Shown in pieces: positions 63,532-64,000 of a DNA stretch of 64,000 nucleotides. Within the stretch, counting starts at the first letter, position 1; each line of letters starts with the position of its first letter. A program made the translations under genes and the position numbers. The notes beneath the pieces were generated by a model. That model searched no databases, had not been told where the DNA came from, and saw only the letters and a program-made list of their open reading frames with translations. The stretch comes from Octopus sinensis (taxonomy: Eukaryota). The stretch spans positions 4,030,001 to 4,094,000 of the forward strand of contig NC_043023.1 of NCBI RefSeq assembly GCF_006345805.1. The letters run 5' to 3'.

Positions 63532-63745
63532 TTGGCAGACTTTGGACACATGTGTTGGCCGAACGAGGCATCAGACTTTCCACCAAGTTGGCCGTCTATA
63601 GGGCAGTCATCATCACCTCTCTGCTCTGAGGCCGTGGGACATGGACGCTGTATAGGAGGCAAATGCAAGTACTTGTCCAGTTCCACCTCTGCTGCTTGCG
63701 ACGAAGCATGGGAATTTCCTGTGAGGACAGTCTCCAACACTGAGA
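63532..63745 (+). pseudogene. RTE (BovB-like) RT C-terminal fragment
   Basis: [55 protein letters not shown]. Confidence 0.8.
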
Positions 63746-64000
63746 TGCATATATATATATATATGTGTGTGTATGTATGTATGTATGTATGTATGTATTT
63801 ATGTGTATATGTATGTATTTATGTGTATATATATATATGTATGTATGTATTTATATGTATATATATATATGTATGTATTTATATGTATATATATATGTAT
63901 GTATTTATATGTATGTATGTATGTATTGATATATATATATATATATATATTACGGAGATGTACTCACATAGCAAGTGATCTGATCTGAGATCGTGTGCTT

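Overview
Eukaryotic, very AT-rich, repeat-saturated DNA with one 100-N scaffold gap (42341-42440). The SINE families and the TA/CA/AAT microsatellite density look like Octopus (inferred from recalled repeat families; no database search). Most ORFs in the supplied track are microsatellite or TE artefacts. One host-gene segment is supportable: a minus-strand exon (11059-11307) encoding a 68-aa ORF with a GYRRL motif and a hydrophobic helix, with a candidate TATA/Inr promoter and first exon near 15.8-16.0 kb. The rest is decayed TEs: tRNA-headed SINEs, RTE/CR1/R4-Dong/HERO-like LINE fragments, mariner/maT, hAT, piggyBac and Sola-like remnants, MITEs and Helentron-like elements. Highlights: (1) four unrelated short non-coding elements each carry a type I hammerhead ribozyme with a palindromic stem III, three of them in long fold-backs and one joined to a tRNA-like Pol III head; (2) one SINE family repeatedly forms head + (184 bp)n arrays, up to 9 units, whose first unit differs from the internal units; (3) about eight hairpin-forming inverted repeats. 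No CRISPR, rRNA or intact tRNA gene is supported. Coordinates were read by hand and may be off by a few bases.
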